In this document: piece after piece, positions 1-9,296 of the stretch | Position numbering within the stretch: the first letter of the stretch is position 1 | Layout of the letters: each line of letters opens with the position of its first letter | Translations under genes and position numbers: made by a program | Origin: a virus | Taxonomy: Duplodnaviria > Caudoviricetes | DNA length: 35,715 nt | Reading direction: 5' to 3' (one strand) | Virus record (IMG/VR): IMGVR_UViG_3300030372_001582 | Location: 1-35,715 of that record | Notes under the pieces: generated by a model | What the model was told of the DNA's origin: nothing | What the model saw: only the letters and a program-made list of their open reading frames with translations | Database searches by the model: none

Positions 1-77
1 TCTATTATAGCACCAGACGGTCCACCTAGCTCAACTTGTGCAAAACCGCTTGCAGCTTCTAATTCAATATTGCCTGT
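1..77. repeat. 77-bp exact direct repeat of 33932-34008 (near-identical to position 144)
   Basis: Base-by-base comparison at offset 33931: identical 1-77, mismatches at 78, 87, 93 and 111, divergence from 145 onward. Confidence 0.95.
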
Positions 78-611
78 GAAACTACCCGTTGTAGCTTCTA
101 AACTACCAATTACTAAACCTGCTTTTGTATAGCCAGTTCCGCTTTTATTTACCGTAGTCGTGGGCTCTGTTTGTAAATCTTTGAACAAATGAAACTTCGC
201 ATCACTTGCATCTCTAAATAAACCAGCGTAAAGATCTAACGATCCTGAGGTATCATACACACCATAGAAACCTAAATCTACTGCGTCACTAGAAGTGTTG
301 TCTGAACCTACAATAATCAAGGGGTCTTTTACAGACAAGGTATCTGTGTCAACTGTAGTTGTTGTACCCTGAACAACTAAATTACCTGTGACAGTTAAAT
401 TACCACCTAACTGTGAATTACCTGATACTTGAAAATCTGTTGTTGGAGTTACACCAATACCAATCTTTGATGTAGAAATAAATAAAGGGGTGTCGTTACC
501 AAGACCATCTGTAATTCTTTTTGGTGTTGCTGTTAAATTATCGTTGTCTGTTACTTTTAGTAAGGCATCAAAAGTTTGACTTATAAAAGTTCCCGTTAGA
601 GTAGTACCCAT
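1..611 (-). CDS. Tail fibre N-terminal region, allele A (partial, runs off window start)
   Basis: Hand translation from ATG at 611: MGTTLTGTFISQTFDALLKVTDNDNLTATPKRITDGLGNDTPLFISTSKIGIG...SGTGYTKAGLVIGSLEATTGSFTGNIELEAASGFAQVELGGPSGAII. No stop before base 1; colinear with the N-terminus of the 1503-aa fibre. Missing from the ORF track. Confidence 0.9.
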   Translation of the reverse strand, partial: MGTTLTGTFISQTFDALLKVTDNDNLTATPKRITDGLGNDTPLFISTSKIGIGVTPTTDFQVSGNSQLGGNLTVTGNLVVQGTTTTVDTDTLSVKDPLIIVGSDNTSSDAVDLGFYGVYDTSGSLDLYAGLFRDASDAKFHLFKDLQTEPTTTVNKSGTGYTKAGLVIGSLEATTGSFTGNIELEAASGFAQVELGGPSGAII

Positions 612-613
612 AT

Positions 614-715
614 TTATATTTTTTTAGTAACGTTTTGTTTTGGCAGAACCTTTTCAATAAACGTTTTAAGTTTAACGATATTTTTTTCTTTAGGTTTATA
701 CGTCATTTTTTTCAT
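614..715 (-). CDS. Basic micro-protein (33 aa) MKKMTYKPKEKNIVKLKTFIEKVLPKQNVTKKI
   Basis: ATGA overlap with the adaptor stop; fills the gap to the fibre ATG; homologous TYKPK-x2-N-x2-KLK ORF at 34539-34631. Confidence 0.75.
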   Translation of the reverse strand: MKKMTYKPKEKNIVKLKTFIEKVLPKQNVTKKI

Positions 716-1221
716 AGTACCCAACTGTTAAAATTTTCATTTTTATCAGGATACATACCATCATCGTTAGCTTCATTATATTCTGGAAATAAAGTGCTGT
801 TACGATCAATATAATCTAAAAATCTTCTTGTATAAAATTCAGCTTTATCTCTTGAGCTGTCAACAAGTGATTTTATTTCTTGCATCGAAGGAGTCTCTGC
901 TGACTCGCTTCGATGTCTAAAAACACCACCGTTTGATACTTGATATGATGCAAACATATAATAATCACTTTGTGCAAACCATATTAACATAGGTGTTAAA
1001 TATGTATTTAGTAAAGTTTTATAATTTGAGTTGGCATTATCGTTTATTGTACCGCCAGTAATCAAACCTTCTATCTTATTATATAATTTAGTTCCTAAAT
1101 AATTTTGTATATGTATGTCTTGAGCTACCTCTATAAATTGTATAAACTTATCGGCATCGACTGCTCCACCGATAATAGATTTACGTCTTAGATCATTTGT
1201 CGTTACGAACAGTGCCTTCAT
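712..1221 (-). CDS. Putative head-tail adaptor / head completion protein, copy A
   Basis: 169-aa helical protein directly after the portal; homologue of 34619-35128 (shared DKFIQFIExAQxIHIQNxLGTxLY). Function inferred from position. Confidence 0.65.
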   Translation of the reverse strand: MKALFVTTNDLRRKSIIGGAVDADKFIQFIEVAQDIHIQNYLGTKLYNKIEGLITGGTINDNANSNYKTLLNTYLTPMLIWFAQSDYYMFASYQVSNGGVFRHRSESAETPSMQEIKSLVDSSRDKAEFYTRRFLDYIDRNSTLFPEYNEANDDGMYPDKNENFNSWVL

Positions 1222-2428
1222 CTTCTTTGTTTTTAAATATGTTTTTAATTCTATCTATAGCTGATAATTTCTCACCAGTTTCTTCTTCTCTTTTAATCTT
1301 AGTTTGAATATTGTCTAATTCTGTAAACTCTATTGGTTGTAGTGTTACAAAGTATAGACTAAGATCTATTTTGTTAAATTCTAACACGGTTTTAAACGCT
1401 TCTAACAGCGTTTGTTGGAATGGTCGGATAACTATGTTATCCATAAGGATTGAAGCCGTTCTAAGCTCTTCTGCGTTATTACCAAAACCTGTGTTATCTT
1501 TTATCCCAAGTAATATTGGAGAAACAATTCTGTGACCTAACATTATTTTTTCCCTTGCTTCATCTGCTAAAAACTGATACTGTGCGTGTGCGTCAGGTAA
1601 ATGTATAGGCTCTATGTCAGCTTTACGATCAGGGTCATCGTTAAATGCAAGAATGAACTTGCCAGAATTTGAGGTTCCTCCAAACTTATCTTGGATTTTT
1701 CTTTCTATTAATTGTTGTGCTTCTTCATCAGGAACACCATTATTGAAATTAATAAGTAGATTTGGTTGTAATCCATTTTTTATGTTGTTTATGTGGTAAT
1801 TTGATACCTCTTCTTCTAAAGAACAATACTGTAAACATCCGTGATAATCTACTGGTGCATAATAATAAAATCCTGGTCTGTATGGTTTTATAACAAATAT
1901 TTCTCTGAGTTCTCTTTTAGAACCAAAACCAAAACAAGGTATTCGTTGTGGTTTATCAGTGGGTTTTATTTCAGACCATTTTGGATGATAATAATATGCT
2001 TTTATTTTGCCTTCTCTAGTTTTCTCTGCCCTGAGAGTTTCCATAGGAAAATGTACTAGGTTCATTATCTGAGTCTTTGACCTATTGTAAATAACCTGTA
2101 TTGATGCTTGACCTAACAACTTAAAATCGTTTACAATTTTCCTAACCTGATCTGGTTTGAGTAGTTGTTTCATTTGTGCGTACATCTCAGGTTTTTCGTC
2201 ACTATCTGTAGCATCAATACCTTTTCCGTATATCATATCTACAATACCGTTTACACAACAAGAGTTTGTTGGGCTGCTTAAATACAACTGTATTAGGTTG
2301 TCAAAGTAATCATTATTCTCACCATAACTAATCCAGTCATTTTTGTAGTCTTCCTTGACTTCTGGTATTGTATAACCTTGAAGATTTACTACTCTTATAT
2401 TATTATTGTATGTTTTTTTTGTTGCCAT
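1193..2428 (-). CDS. Portal protein, copy A
   Basis: 411 aa; motifs SxTN..C.NG...IYGKG, NFNNGVP, KFGGTSNSGKFILAFND, GHRIVSP.LLGI...GFGNNAEEL and IRPFQ resemble portals of Bacteroidota siphophages. Confidence 0.85.
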   Translation of the reverse strand: MATKKTYNNNIRVVNLQGYTIPEVKEDYKNDWISYGENNDYFDNLIQLYLSSPTNSCCVNGIVDMIYGKGIDATDSDEKPEMYAQMKQLLKPDQVRKIVNDFKLLGQASIQVIYNRSKTQIMNLVHFPMETLRAEKTREGKIKAYYYHPKWSEIKPTDKPQRIPCFGFGSKRELREIFVIKPYRPGFYYYAPVDYHGCLQYCSLEEEVSNYHINNIKNGLQPNLLINFNNGVPDEEAQQLIERKIQDKFGGTSNSGKFILAFNDDPDRKADIEPIHLPDAHAQYQFLADEAREKIMLGHRIVSPILLGIKDNTGFGNNAEELRTASILMDNIVIRPFQQTLLEAFKTVLEFNKIDLSLYFVTLQPIEFTELDNIQTKIKREEETGEKLSAIDRIKNIFKNKEDEGTVRNDK

Positions 2429-2429
2429 A

Positions 2430-2786
2430 TTATATTGTTATATATTTTTGACCGTCAGCTTCAGCACTATGCTCAGAATATTCACCTGTATTTAAAGTGT
2501 GTGGTATTGTTCTATTTGTTTGTGCGGTGCAATATGCCTTGGTCCTAAATAAAAGATTGTTAGATCTTGTCAATTCTAACAAATACATTTTGCCTTCTGA
2601 TAGTATAGAAAACGTGCAAGGTATATCAATAAAATTACCGTTATATGTTGAAGTTAAATTATTAAGTGTCTCAGTTTTTCTAGTGCCGTCTTCAGTGATA
2701 ACCAACTTTACTGTGTTATCTGCCTTATAAGATCTTGGTACAATTCTGATTGTTTGAGAACTCGTTACAGGTTGTAATACTATCAT
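2430..2786 (-). CDS. Virion structural protein (beta-rich, 118 aa), function uncertain
   Basis: Tightly packed between major tail and portal genes; preceded by the ACA-N15-GAT motif. Confidence 0.55.
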   Translation of the reverse strand: MIVLQPVTSSQTIRIVPRSYKADNTVKLVITEDGTRKTETLNNLTSTYNGNFIDIPCTFSILSEGKMYLLELTRSNNLLFRTKAYCTAQTNRTIPHTLNTGEYSEHSAEADGQKYITI

Positions 2787-2790
2787 AATA

Positions 2791-2816
2791 AGATAATCAA
2801 ATAACGTAAATTGTGT
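2791..2816 (-). promoter_or_regulatory. Candidate late promoter ACA-N15-GATTATCT-N4-ATG
   Basis: Same geometry as the sites at 7105-7130 and 15031-15056; lies just downstream of a terminator. Confidence 0.55.
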
Positions 2817-2820
2817 TTAT

Positions 2821-2847
2821 AAAAAAAGCCCTGAATAACAGGGCTTT
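2821..2847 (-). terminator. Rho-independent terminator after major tail gene
   Basis: aaagccctg-aataa-cagggcttt stem with an A-run on + (U-tract on -). Confidence 0.8.
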
Positions 2848-2870
2848 CTTACAAAACTTATGAAAAATCA

Positions 2871-3494
2871 CTAATTACCTCCGCCTGGTATACCAGATTG
2901 GTCATCATCTACATCTACATCAGCTACTGTACCTGGTACAACAGATACGTTTGACGCAGAGCCACCATTATTGCTAAATGATAACTGCGTGTCTGTTTCT
3001 GCCGAAATATCACAAAAATTAGCAGGAGCTCTTTCTTGACCCGTAAAAGTCAATGTGTACCCACTTAAATCTCCCATACCTGCACCTGAAGAAATAGTTC
3101 CTCCAGTAACATCCATTCCGTGCTCTAAACCTGCCATAAAGTAATTATCATTGTTGTCTTTGATAATTATGTGTGGTCTAGCAAACGAGATTAATTTTAA
3201 TTCTTTGTGATCTTTTGGTGTTAGTTTTGGTAAAACCAAAGTTAGAGTTTGCTCAAAGAACGTACCTCCTGTGTCTGTTGAAGAAGTAACGGTTTGCTCT
3301 AAATTGGAGTTGCCTTTAAGATCATATCTGTAAGCTGTATTGCTGCCTGAAATAGCAGCAACATTGTCTTCAGTACCTGAAGTGGTATTCATAACCACGC
3401 CAGTCATACCGTAATCAATAAAATATACTGCCTTCAATCCACCTACAGAGTCTTTACAAGGTCTTTGTCTTCCTTTTGTTAAATCACAACTCAT
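2871..3494 (-). CDS. Major tail (tube) protein
   Basis: Probable start MSCDLTKGR at 3494 (the track start at 3521 lies inside a hairpin); GR..PCKDSVGGLK, GTFFEQTL.L.LPKL and G...GDLSGYTLTFTGQE motifs; follows the capsid gene. Confidence 0.75.
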   Translation of the reverse strand: MSCDLTKGRQRPCKDSVGGLKAVYFIDYGMTGVVMNTTSGTEDNVAAISGSNTAYRYDLKGNSNLEQTVTSSTDTGGTFFEQTLTLVLPKLTPKDHKELKLISFARPHIIIKDNNDNYFMAGLEHGMDVTGGTISSGAGMGDLSGYTLTFTGQERAPANFCDISAETDTQLSFSNNGGSASNVSVVPGTVADVDVDDDQSGIPGGGN

Positions 3495-3509
3495 ATTTAT
3501 TATTTTTAT

Positions 3510-3531
3510 AAGGGGGCTCAAACGCCCCCTT
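3510..3531 (-). terminator. GC-rich hairpin after major capsid gene (weak terminator or mRNA-stabilising stem)
   Basis: aagggggc-tcaaac-gccccctt perfect 8-bp stem; no clear U-tract on the minus strand. Confidence 0.5.
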
Positions 3532-3543
3532 GATTAAACATTA

Positions 3544-4446
3544 TTAAGCGTAAAGTACGATATCAGATCCGATTCCGTGTTGTACGCCAGCACTACCTCT
3601 TAATACTACTCTAACGTTTTGACTTCCGTCAATGTCAGCCATATCAATTAGCTTAACTTCTTGCCAGTCATTCAGTAAACCAGTTCCAAAGAATAGGTTT
3701 GAAGATTGTGCAGCAACCATTTTGTCATCTCCTAATCCAGGAGCTGTAAATAATGGAATGCCTTGGAAGTTCATTTCAGTCTGTCCAACGTGAAATAACT
3801 CTCTATAACCTAAAGCTGCTTGTGCTTGAATATAAAATTTAGCTGCACTTGTTGGAATATAGATTCTTAAATCTTCTTTACCATAAACTCCAGAAGGAAT
3901 TTTATCTACTACTTTACCTAACTCAGCAATAATGTTAGCTGCTGATAGTCCACCACCTACTGCAGCCTGGTCAACAACGTCACCGTCTGCTGCTAGTAAT
4001 GCTTGGAAGCCGTTAAATTCACCTGCATTAGCAGTTGCTCCTTGCCAAATGTTTTGCTCAACCTTTTGAGCTACTTTAGCCGCAACCTGTGCAATTAAGA
4101 AATCAGAAAATCTTCTAGGTAGGTTATCGTATTGGCTGAAGCCCATAGATTGTGCATCCCAGTCTTGTCTGAAATCTTTTTTACATAACTGTAGGTTTAC
4201 TTGAAATTCCTCTGGTTGTAAAATTCTTTCTGTTAATGTTACATTAGAAGTAGGATCAAAGTCACAAGACGCATCTTTTAAGATGTCATTCATTGACAGC
4301 TTTTTAATTACTTCTTTAAATTTAATATTGGGTTTAATTGTAACCCCTCCGTTTGATAACGTCTCACCACTTAATAAAGCTGCTGCAATATATTCACCAG
4401 CAAATTCACCTGCATAAGTAGTTGTTATCGAAGTTGTAGTCGCCAT
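3544..4446 (-). CDS. Major capsid protein
   Basis: 300 aa; TTTYAGEFAG, LTERILQPEEFQVNLQLCKKDF..DW, EQNIWQG and DGSQNVRVV; downstream of protease and scaffold. Confidence 0.85.
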   Translation of the reverse strand: MATTTSITTTYAGEFAGEYIAAALLSGETLSNGGVTIKPNIKFKEVIKKLSMNDILKDASCDFDPTSNVTLTERILQPEEFQVNLQLCKKDFRQDWDAQSMGFSQYDNLPRRFSDFLIAQVAAKVAQKVEQNIWQGATANAGEFNGFQALLAADGDVVDQAAVGGGLSAANIIAELGKVVDKIPSGVYGKEDLRIYIPTSAAKFYIQAQAALGYRELFHVGQTEMNFQGIPLFTAPGLGDDKMVAAQSSNLFFGTGLLNDWQEVKLIDMADIDGSQNVRVVLRGSAGVQHGIGSDIVLYA

Positions 4447-4473
4447 ATCTTTTCTTTTTTTATATTTTAATTA

Positions 4474-4893
4474 TTAACTTGGATCAGTAGCTGTAATAGA
4501 ACCTGATGAATTTCCCATTCCCCAAACGTACCACTTGTTACCGTCAGACCACATATCAACAAAGTCACCAACAGATTCTGCTGATGCAACAAAGTTAATT
4601 TGATCTTCTCCAGAAGCTGCTACACTTGCTCCATTTACTACTAATATACCATCTATATTATCTCCCTCTGCACTATCAATTACATAGTTTGATGTATCAA
4701 AAGCATTTGCTACAACAAATCTAAAATTAAGTCCAGATTCTACTGCTGGTAAAGTTACTGTAACACCTGCACTTGCTGCAAGCTCATACCATTTACCACT
4801 ATCTGCTGCTGTAAGAGTAACTGCTGCTGATACTGAATCAACATCATTTTTAATTCTTACAACATCATTATTTACGTGTGTTAAAACTGCCAT
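4474..4893 (-). CDS. Probable capsid decoration/cement protein
   Basis: 139 aa, small-residue-rich beta protein (TLTAADSGK...VTLPA...SDG.KWY) between scaffold and capsid genes. Confidence 0.55.
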   Translation of the reverse strand: MAVLTHVNNDVVRIKNDVDSVSAAVTLTAADSGKWYELAASAGVTVTLPAVESGLNFRFVVANAFDTSNYVIDSAEGDNIDGILVVNGASVAASGEDQINFVASAESVGDFVDMWSDGNKWYVWGMGNSSGSITATDPS

Positions 4894-4895
4894 AA

Positions 4896-5438
4896 TTATT
4901 TATTTTTATTTACTATTGTTTCCATTACTCTATCAAGAGTAGATAATTTTCTATTTTGACCAAATAATACTTTTCTTTTAGTACCTACTTGACCCTCTGG
5001 ATCGTGAGCCAAAGGCTCTACGACTGGTTCTTGAGCTGAAAGCTCTTCTTTGTTCTCAGCAACCACTTCTTTCTCTTCGTCAGAAGATAGTTCTTTGGGA
5101 ACATCTTGAGCTTCTTCGCTAGATAATTTAGAAATCATAGCTTTGACTTCTGCCATAGCTTTTGCTAGATCTTCTTTGGTGGCATACTTTGCCATCATAT
5201 CATCACCAACTTCATCTTCCATTCTTTTATTTTTCTTTTTATCTTCCATTCCGTATCTAGCTTCAACTTCCTCCTCTAGTTCAACTTTCTCTTGAACTTC
5301 TGAGTTTTCTTTTTGCTCGTTTAGAGCAATTTCTTCATTTACTTCTACATCTGTAGAGTCTTTGATTTCATCATCTGACTCAACTTCTGTGTTAAGAAGC
5401 ACATTTTTGAATTTGTCTACTATTTCACTTGCTTTCAT
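4896..5438 (-). CDS. Probable head scaffolding protein
   Basis: Very acidic, low-complexity and helical 180 aa between protease and capsid genes, ending in a short amphipathic helix (STLDRVMETI). Confidence 0.65.
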   Translation of the reverse strand: MKASEIVDKFKNVLLNTEVESDDEIKDSTDVEVNEEIALNEQKENSEVQEKVELEEEVEARYGMEDKKKNKRMEDEVGDDMMAKYATKEDLAKAMAEVKAMISKLSSEEAQDVPKELSSDEEKEVVAENKEELSAQEPVVEPLAHDPEGQVGTKRKVLFGQNRKLSTLDRVMETIVNKNK

Positions 5439-5453
5439 AACTATATATATATT

Positions 5454-5480
5454 AGGTTTATCATTATTTATTTACCTTGT
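5454..5480 (-). promoter_or_regulatory. Candidate late promoter ACA-N15-GATAAACC
   Basis: Same ACA-N15-GAT spacing, upstream of the scaffold-decoration-capsid-tail genes. Confidence 0.45.
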
Positions 5481-5487
5481 TGTATTT

Positions 5488-5628
5488 TTATATTTTACCA
5501 ATACCTTGATTGATTAAATTACCCTTACAACATTTTCTTGAATATGTTTTACCGTCATCACATAAACAAGCCCTTCGTGAAGACTTTGGGCTTGTTCTAC
5601 TTGGTGTTTTATATGGTTTTTTTATCAT
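5488..5628 (-). CDS. Cys-rich micro-protein (46 aa) MIKKPYKTPSRTSPKSSRRACLCDDGKTYSRKCCKGNLINQGIGKI
   Basis: ATGA overlap with the protease stop; CxC-x9-CC pattern; below the ORF-track cutoff. Confidence 0.75.
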   Translation of the reverse strand: MIKKPYKTPSRTSPKSSRRACLCDDGKTYSRKCCKGNLINQGIGKI

Positions 5629-7100
5629 CTGCTTTTAGGATGTTTAGATGGTAGTAAATCATAGTCAGTTGTATATTTAGGATTTTGTGGTCTACCGTTT
5701 CTTACAAGATACATAAATGCGTTGACCCTTGCGTGTGCCCATTGTGAAGGAGACTTAACGTTGGGTGAATGACTTGTATTGAATGCACCAAGACCTCTTT
5801 GGAATACAGAAGCTAACATACCTACTGTGATACCATATCCTAATTTTTCTTTATATCTTTTGTTAAAATCATCAGCTTTTTTTTGTAAAGATGCTCTGTC
5901 TTTTGCGGATACCTTTGCACCAGTTTTACCTTTTGCTGATCCTTTGGCACTTCCTTTTCCTTTTGGATTTTTATTGGGTGTTCCTGATGCTGGTGCTTTT
6001 GGGCTTCTTCTAACCCCACCTCTAGGTCCAACTTCAGCTAACATATGTTTCTCGCAAGGCATATACCATATTCTACCTTCAAACTCGTGTGTGTGGTGTC
6101 CTTTACATCCTATATTCTTAGCCATTTCTTCTGCCTTTTCTTTTGTAGAGTAAGCTAATCTATCATCTATAATAGCAAAATCATCATCAATCGGCATTGA
6201 TTTTAGATTTAACTCGCCTAGCTCTCTTAATTTACCTCTTGACCAGTTCAAACCAGCTTTTCCACCCCATAATAAATAAGAAATAGTTCCACAAGCCTTT
6301 GTGTCTCCTGCATCATAGTAAGTTTCTGCTCTACTCAAATAAGAATACATTCTTTTAATTGTTGAGACTGAAAGTTTAGCACCCCTACTGAGTTGCTGAG
6401 CTCTTACTTTGCCCACGCTTGTTGCACATTTGTTTTTAACCTTCTTATTGAGTTCGATACCCCTTTTTGCATTGTTTCTGACACCAGAACCATAATCATT
6501 ATATGTTTTAAGTTTTACACTAAGAGCATCAGTAAGCTCTTCAAGCATAGAAAGTGCTTCATCTTCTTCTTCTTGTAATTTTAAAGCATCTACAAAGTGA
6601 CCCTCAATAGAAAACCCTTTTACCCTACCAGTTTTTACATAATTTTGCCATATTTCGTCATTATTAACTTTCATAGAAACCATCCAAGTACCTACGGGTA
6701 AATTAAAACCATATTTTACAGATTTATCTTGTTCTAAATCTTCTATAATCCAAGATTCAACAACTGAGAGGCCGTTTAGATCTATTTTGTGTTCTAAACT
6801 GCTGTTGTTTTGATTGCCTTTTGTTAAAAAGAGCTCTGAAGCTCTTTTTACCGTATCTTCACTGAAATAAATAAAATATTCTTGGTCTTCAAACTTCCTG
6901 TATATTTTTTTGTCAGGAATTAAAGCTGGACCCATTATAATTCTTTTTTCTTTATCTACTTCAGCTAATTTGACCTCTTGTGATTGTAAAGCAATAAACT
7001 CTTCCTCTATAGCAGGGTCGTCTACTATAGATATTGCTTGTATGCCTGTGATCTCGCTATCTTCATCTAAAACGAGTTCTATTATTTTGAAAGTATCCAT
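5625..7100 (-). CDS. Prohead protease (XkdF/S78-like) with C-terminal accessory domains
   Basis: AISIV..PAIE, GPALIPDK.IYR, SSLEH, ESWI, GTWMVSMKV and GFSIEG motifs in the first ~175 aa; about 300 further residues. Confidence 0.8.
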   Translation of the reverse strand: MDTFKIIELVLDEDSEITGIQAISIVDDPAIEEEFIALQSQEVKLAEVDKEKRIIMGPALIPDKKIYRKFEDQEYFIYFSEDTVKRASELFLTKGNQNNSSLEHKIDLNGLSVVESWIIEDLEQDKSVKYGFNLPVGTWMVSMKVNNDEIWQNYVKTGRVKGFSIEGHFVDALKLQEEEDEALSMLEELTDALSVKLKTYNDYGSGVRNNAKRGIELNKKVKNKCATSVGKVRAQQLSRGAKLSVSTIKRMYSYLSRAETYYDAGDTKACGTISYLLWGGKAGLNWSRGKLRELGELNLKSMPIDDDFAIIDDRLAYSTKEKAEEMAKNIGCKGHHTHEFEGRIWYMPCEKHMLAEVGPRGGVRRSPKAPASGTPNKNPKGKGSAKGSAKGKTGAKVSAKDRASLQKKADDFNKRYKEKLGYGITVGMLASVFQRGLGAFNTSHSPNVKSPSQWAHARVNAFMYLVRNGRPQNPKYTTDYDLLPSKHPKSR

Positions 7101-7104
7101 ATTA

Positions 7105-7130
7105 AGTAAATCTATTTTTTTATATTTTGT
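7105..7130 (-). promoter_or_regulatory. Candidate late promoter ACA-N15-GATTTACT-N4-ATG
   Basis: Fills the 31-bp gap between the tape-measure stop and the protease ATG; identical core and spacing to 15031-15056. Confidence 0.6.
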
Positions 7131-7131
7131 T

Positions 7132-9159
7132 TTAATCTAGTTTTGAACTATTAATTATGTTTCTGTCAAGTGCTAGACCTGTTCTTACGTCTCCGCTTAC
7201 AACAAAAGCTCTAATAGGTTCTCCTGTTCTTTGTGCAATTACTTGTGCTAGCTGAAACTGCTGACCTGTACCTACTATGTTGAATGCAGGGTCTGTTGTT
7301 CCTGTTTGTCCCCCTGTAGCACCACCAGAGCTAGAACCAGCAGAAGGTGCTGATATAGCAGTTGGTACAAATTTAGTTCTTGCTATAGCGGCAACTTGTG
7401 CAAGACCTGTTGCAAGAGCTATACCTTGTGCTATCTGAGCTCTAATAGGAGAAGTTGGATCACCTATAATTAATTGTGAACCGTATGCCAGAATACCAGT
7501 TCTGAAAGTTTCGACAAGAGCATTGGCTATCATAGCGGCTTTTTGCAGCTTGAAGTTTTTCTCTGCTATCTTATCTCTTTTTTTCTGTAAAGCTATTTCG
7601 TTATTTTCAATTTGTTTTTCTATGGCTGCTTTTTGATCCGCAGAAAGTTTTTCATTCCTCAATCTTTCAGTAAGCTGGTTATTTAGCATCGCAGTTTTTC
7701 TTTCTTCCCTGCTGAGTTCAGCGTCTGTAAGTGCATTTAAAGCACTTGATATTTGACCAATCATATCTTGAACTTGCCTTAGAGTTTGATCTAATTCTTC
7801 ATTTAACAACTCTCTTCTTATTTTTGAGAAAAACTCTACTATCTTGGTTTTCTCTTTTTCAAAATCTATCAAACCATCACTTTCTTCAGCTAATATTTTA
7901 AGCCTTTCTAAAGCAGCCTGCTCCATTTCGTTTAGTATTTCTAGTTCGCTTTTCTCAACAAACTGCTCCCTAAACTTATTAAAATCGAGTAACGCTTCAA
8001 GGGCAGAATCAAGAATTGGAAAATCGTCATCAACACTTATAGGCTCAACAAAATCTTCTTCTTTTTCAAATATAGCTGTTGCAGCTTCCGATATATCTTT
8101 TCTGTATTGTAATTCTCTTTCTACTTCCTGTTCAAATAATTTTAACCTTGCTTCTAAAAAAGCATCGTTTTGTGCTTTGGCTAGTTTTGCTTGCAGCATT
8201 TGATATTCTTCAGATTTTAAATATTGTTCAGCTTTTACATTTAAAGCTTCTTGTGTGTCAATAAATAATGAAATTTCAGCTTGTAATAGTTCAACTTCTG
8301 TTTTTCTTCCAGAAAGTCTTTCTTTCTCTAAGTCTATTCTTCTTTGATTCAGTTTGTCTGAAATATTAGCAATAGTCCCATCTCCTTCACGCAAAGAGTC
8401 CACATAACCCTCTTCAAGCAATCTTGTTTTATCTACCTGTATCCCTAACTCCTCAAGTGCTTTAATTCTTTTTTCAAGTACAAATATTGTAGACTTATTT
8501 GCTCTTCTAAACTCCTCCTCTGTTTGGTTTACGTTTCTTTGTGAGTTTTTATTTCTAATTAATCTTTCAGTGTATCTTTCTACTCGCTTTATTGCCTTTA
8601 ACACTTCCTTATCTTGTTTCTTAAGCTCTTTGTTGTTTTCTTTTATTTCTTCATTAAGATCAAAAAAGTTTGAACGCAACTTTTTTGTTGCTGCATTTGC
8701 TTCTTCTACTCCCATTATAAAATTAACTATGCCTTTTTGAAATTGCTGTAATAAAGCAATTAATACTTGAAACACAAGAATTATAGCTAAAGGTCCTTTT
8801 GCTAATTGTTGTCCTAATAGTGCAAAAGCATTTGTTGTGCCGCCTGTTTTTGCTACCAAAGTAGTGAATAACGTACCTAATTGTGACAGGTTGTTTGTTA
8901 TCGCTGTGATACCAAAAGGTAAATCAGAAACAGTTCTACCAAATTCAGTAAGAGTTGCACCTGCAAGACCAGCAGATGAAATCATATCATCGTTTACGTG
9001 TTTAGTTTCTTTGAGAGATTTGCCAAACTCTTTAGAGTTTTTTTCTACAAATTTCATTACCTGTCCAAAATCTTTTAGTTTTTTTTCGGCGTTAGGTAGT
9101 TTGACTAGAAATTGATTATCATCAACTACAATCTTCAGTATAAATTGTTCTTCGTTCAT
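7132..9159 (-). CDS. Tape measure protein (probable)
   Basis: 675 aa; SDLPFGI.AI.NNLSQL motif, hydrophobic helices, long coiled coil and an Ala-rich amphipathic C-terminal part. Confidence 0.75.
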   Translation of the reverse strand: MNEEQFILKIVVDDNQFLVKLPNAEKKLKDFGQVMKFVEKNSKEFGKSLKETKHVNDDMISSAGLAGATLTEFGRTVSDLPFGITAITNNLSQLGTLFTTLVAKTGGTTNAFALLGQQLAKGPLAIILVFQVLIALLQQFQKGIVNFIMGVEEANAATKKLRSNFFDLNEEIKENNKELKKQDKEVLKAIKRVERYTERLIRNKNSQRNVNQTEEEFRRANKSTIFVLEKRIKALEELGIQVDKTRLLEEGYVDSLREGDGTIANISDKLNQRRIDLEKERLSGRKTEVELLQAEISLFIDTQEALNVKAEQYLKSEEYQMLQAKLAKAQNDAFLEARLKLFEQEVERELQYRKDISEAATAIFEKEEDFVEPISVDDDFPILDSALEALLDFNKFREQFVEKSELEILNEMEQAALERLKILAEESDGLIDFEKEKTKIVEFFSKIRRELLNEELDQTLRQVQDMIGQISSALNALTDAELSREERKTAMLNNQLTERLRNEKLSADQKAAIEKQIENNEIALQKKRDKIAEKNFKLQKAAMIANALVETFRTGILAYGSQLIIGDPTSPIRAQIAQGIALATGLAQVAAIARTKFVPTAISAPSAGSSSGGATGGQTGTTDPAFNIVGTGQQFQLAQVIAQRTGEPIRAFVVSGDVRTGLALDRNIINSSKLD

Positions 9160-9296
9160 TTTTTAAATCTTTTGTATTTGTTCACTACTTCTTTTAAATT
9201 ACTAGGTGCTTCATATTTACCTTTTGCTATATCAATTAAGGGTGATACGCCATAGTAATCATCTAATTTTAATAAGTCTAATATATTTTTAAGCAT
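9156..9296 (-). CDS. Micro-protein (46 aa) MLKNILDLLKLDDYYGVSPLIDIAKGKYEAPSNLKEVVNKYKRFKK
   Basis: Overlaps both neighbours (8 nt, and an ATGA overlap) and fills the gap exactly. Confidence 0.75.
   Translation of the reverse strand: MLKNILDLLKLDDYYGVSPLIDIAKGKYEAPSNLKEVVNKYKRFKK

Noticed and set aside
1-144. Diversity-generating retroelement TR/VR pair
   Set aside because: No reverse transcriptase; the four mismatches are silent and not adenine-specific; the repeat is not at the fibre C-terminus.
1-2428. Window ends as ordinary terminal redundancy or DTR
   Set aside because: Only 77 bp are identical; the remaining overlap is strongly divergent at DNA and protein level.
5840-6031. 63-aa alternative-frame ORF inside the protease gene
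   Set aside because: Fully nested, no slippery site or motif seen.
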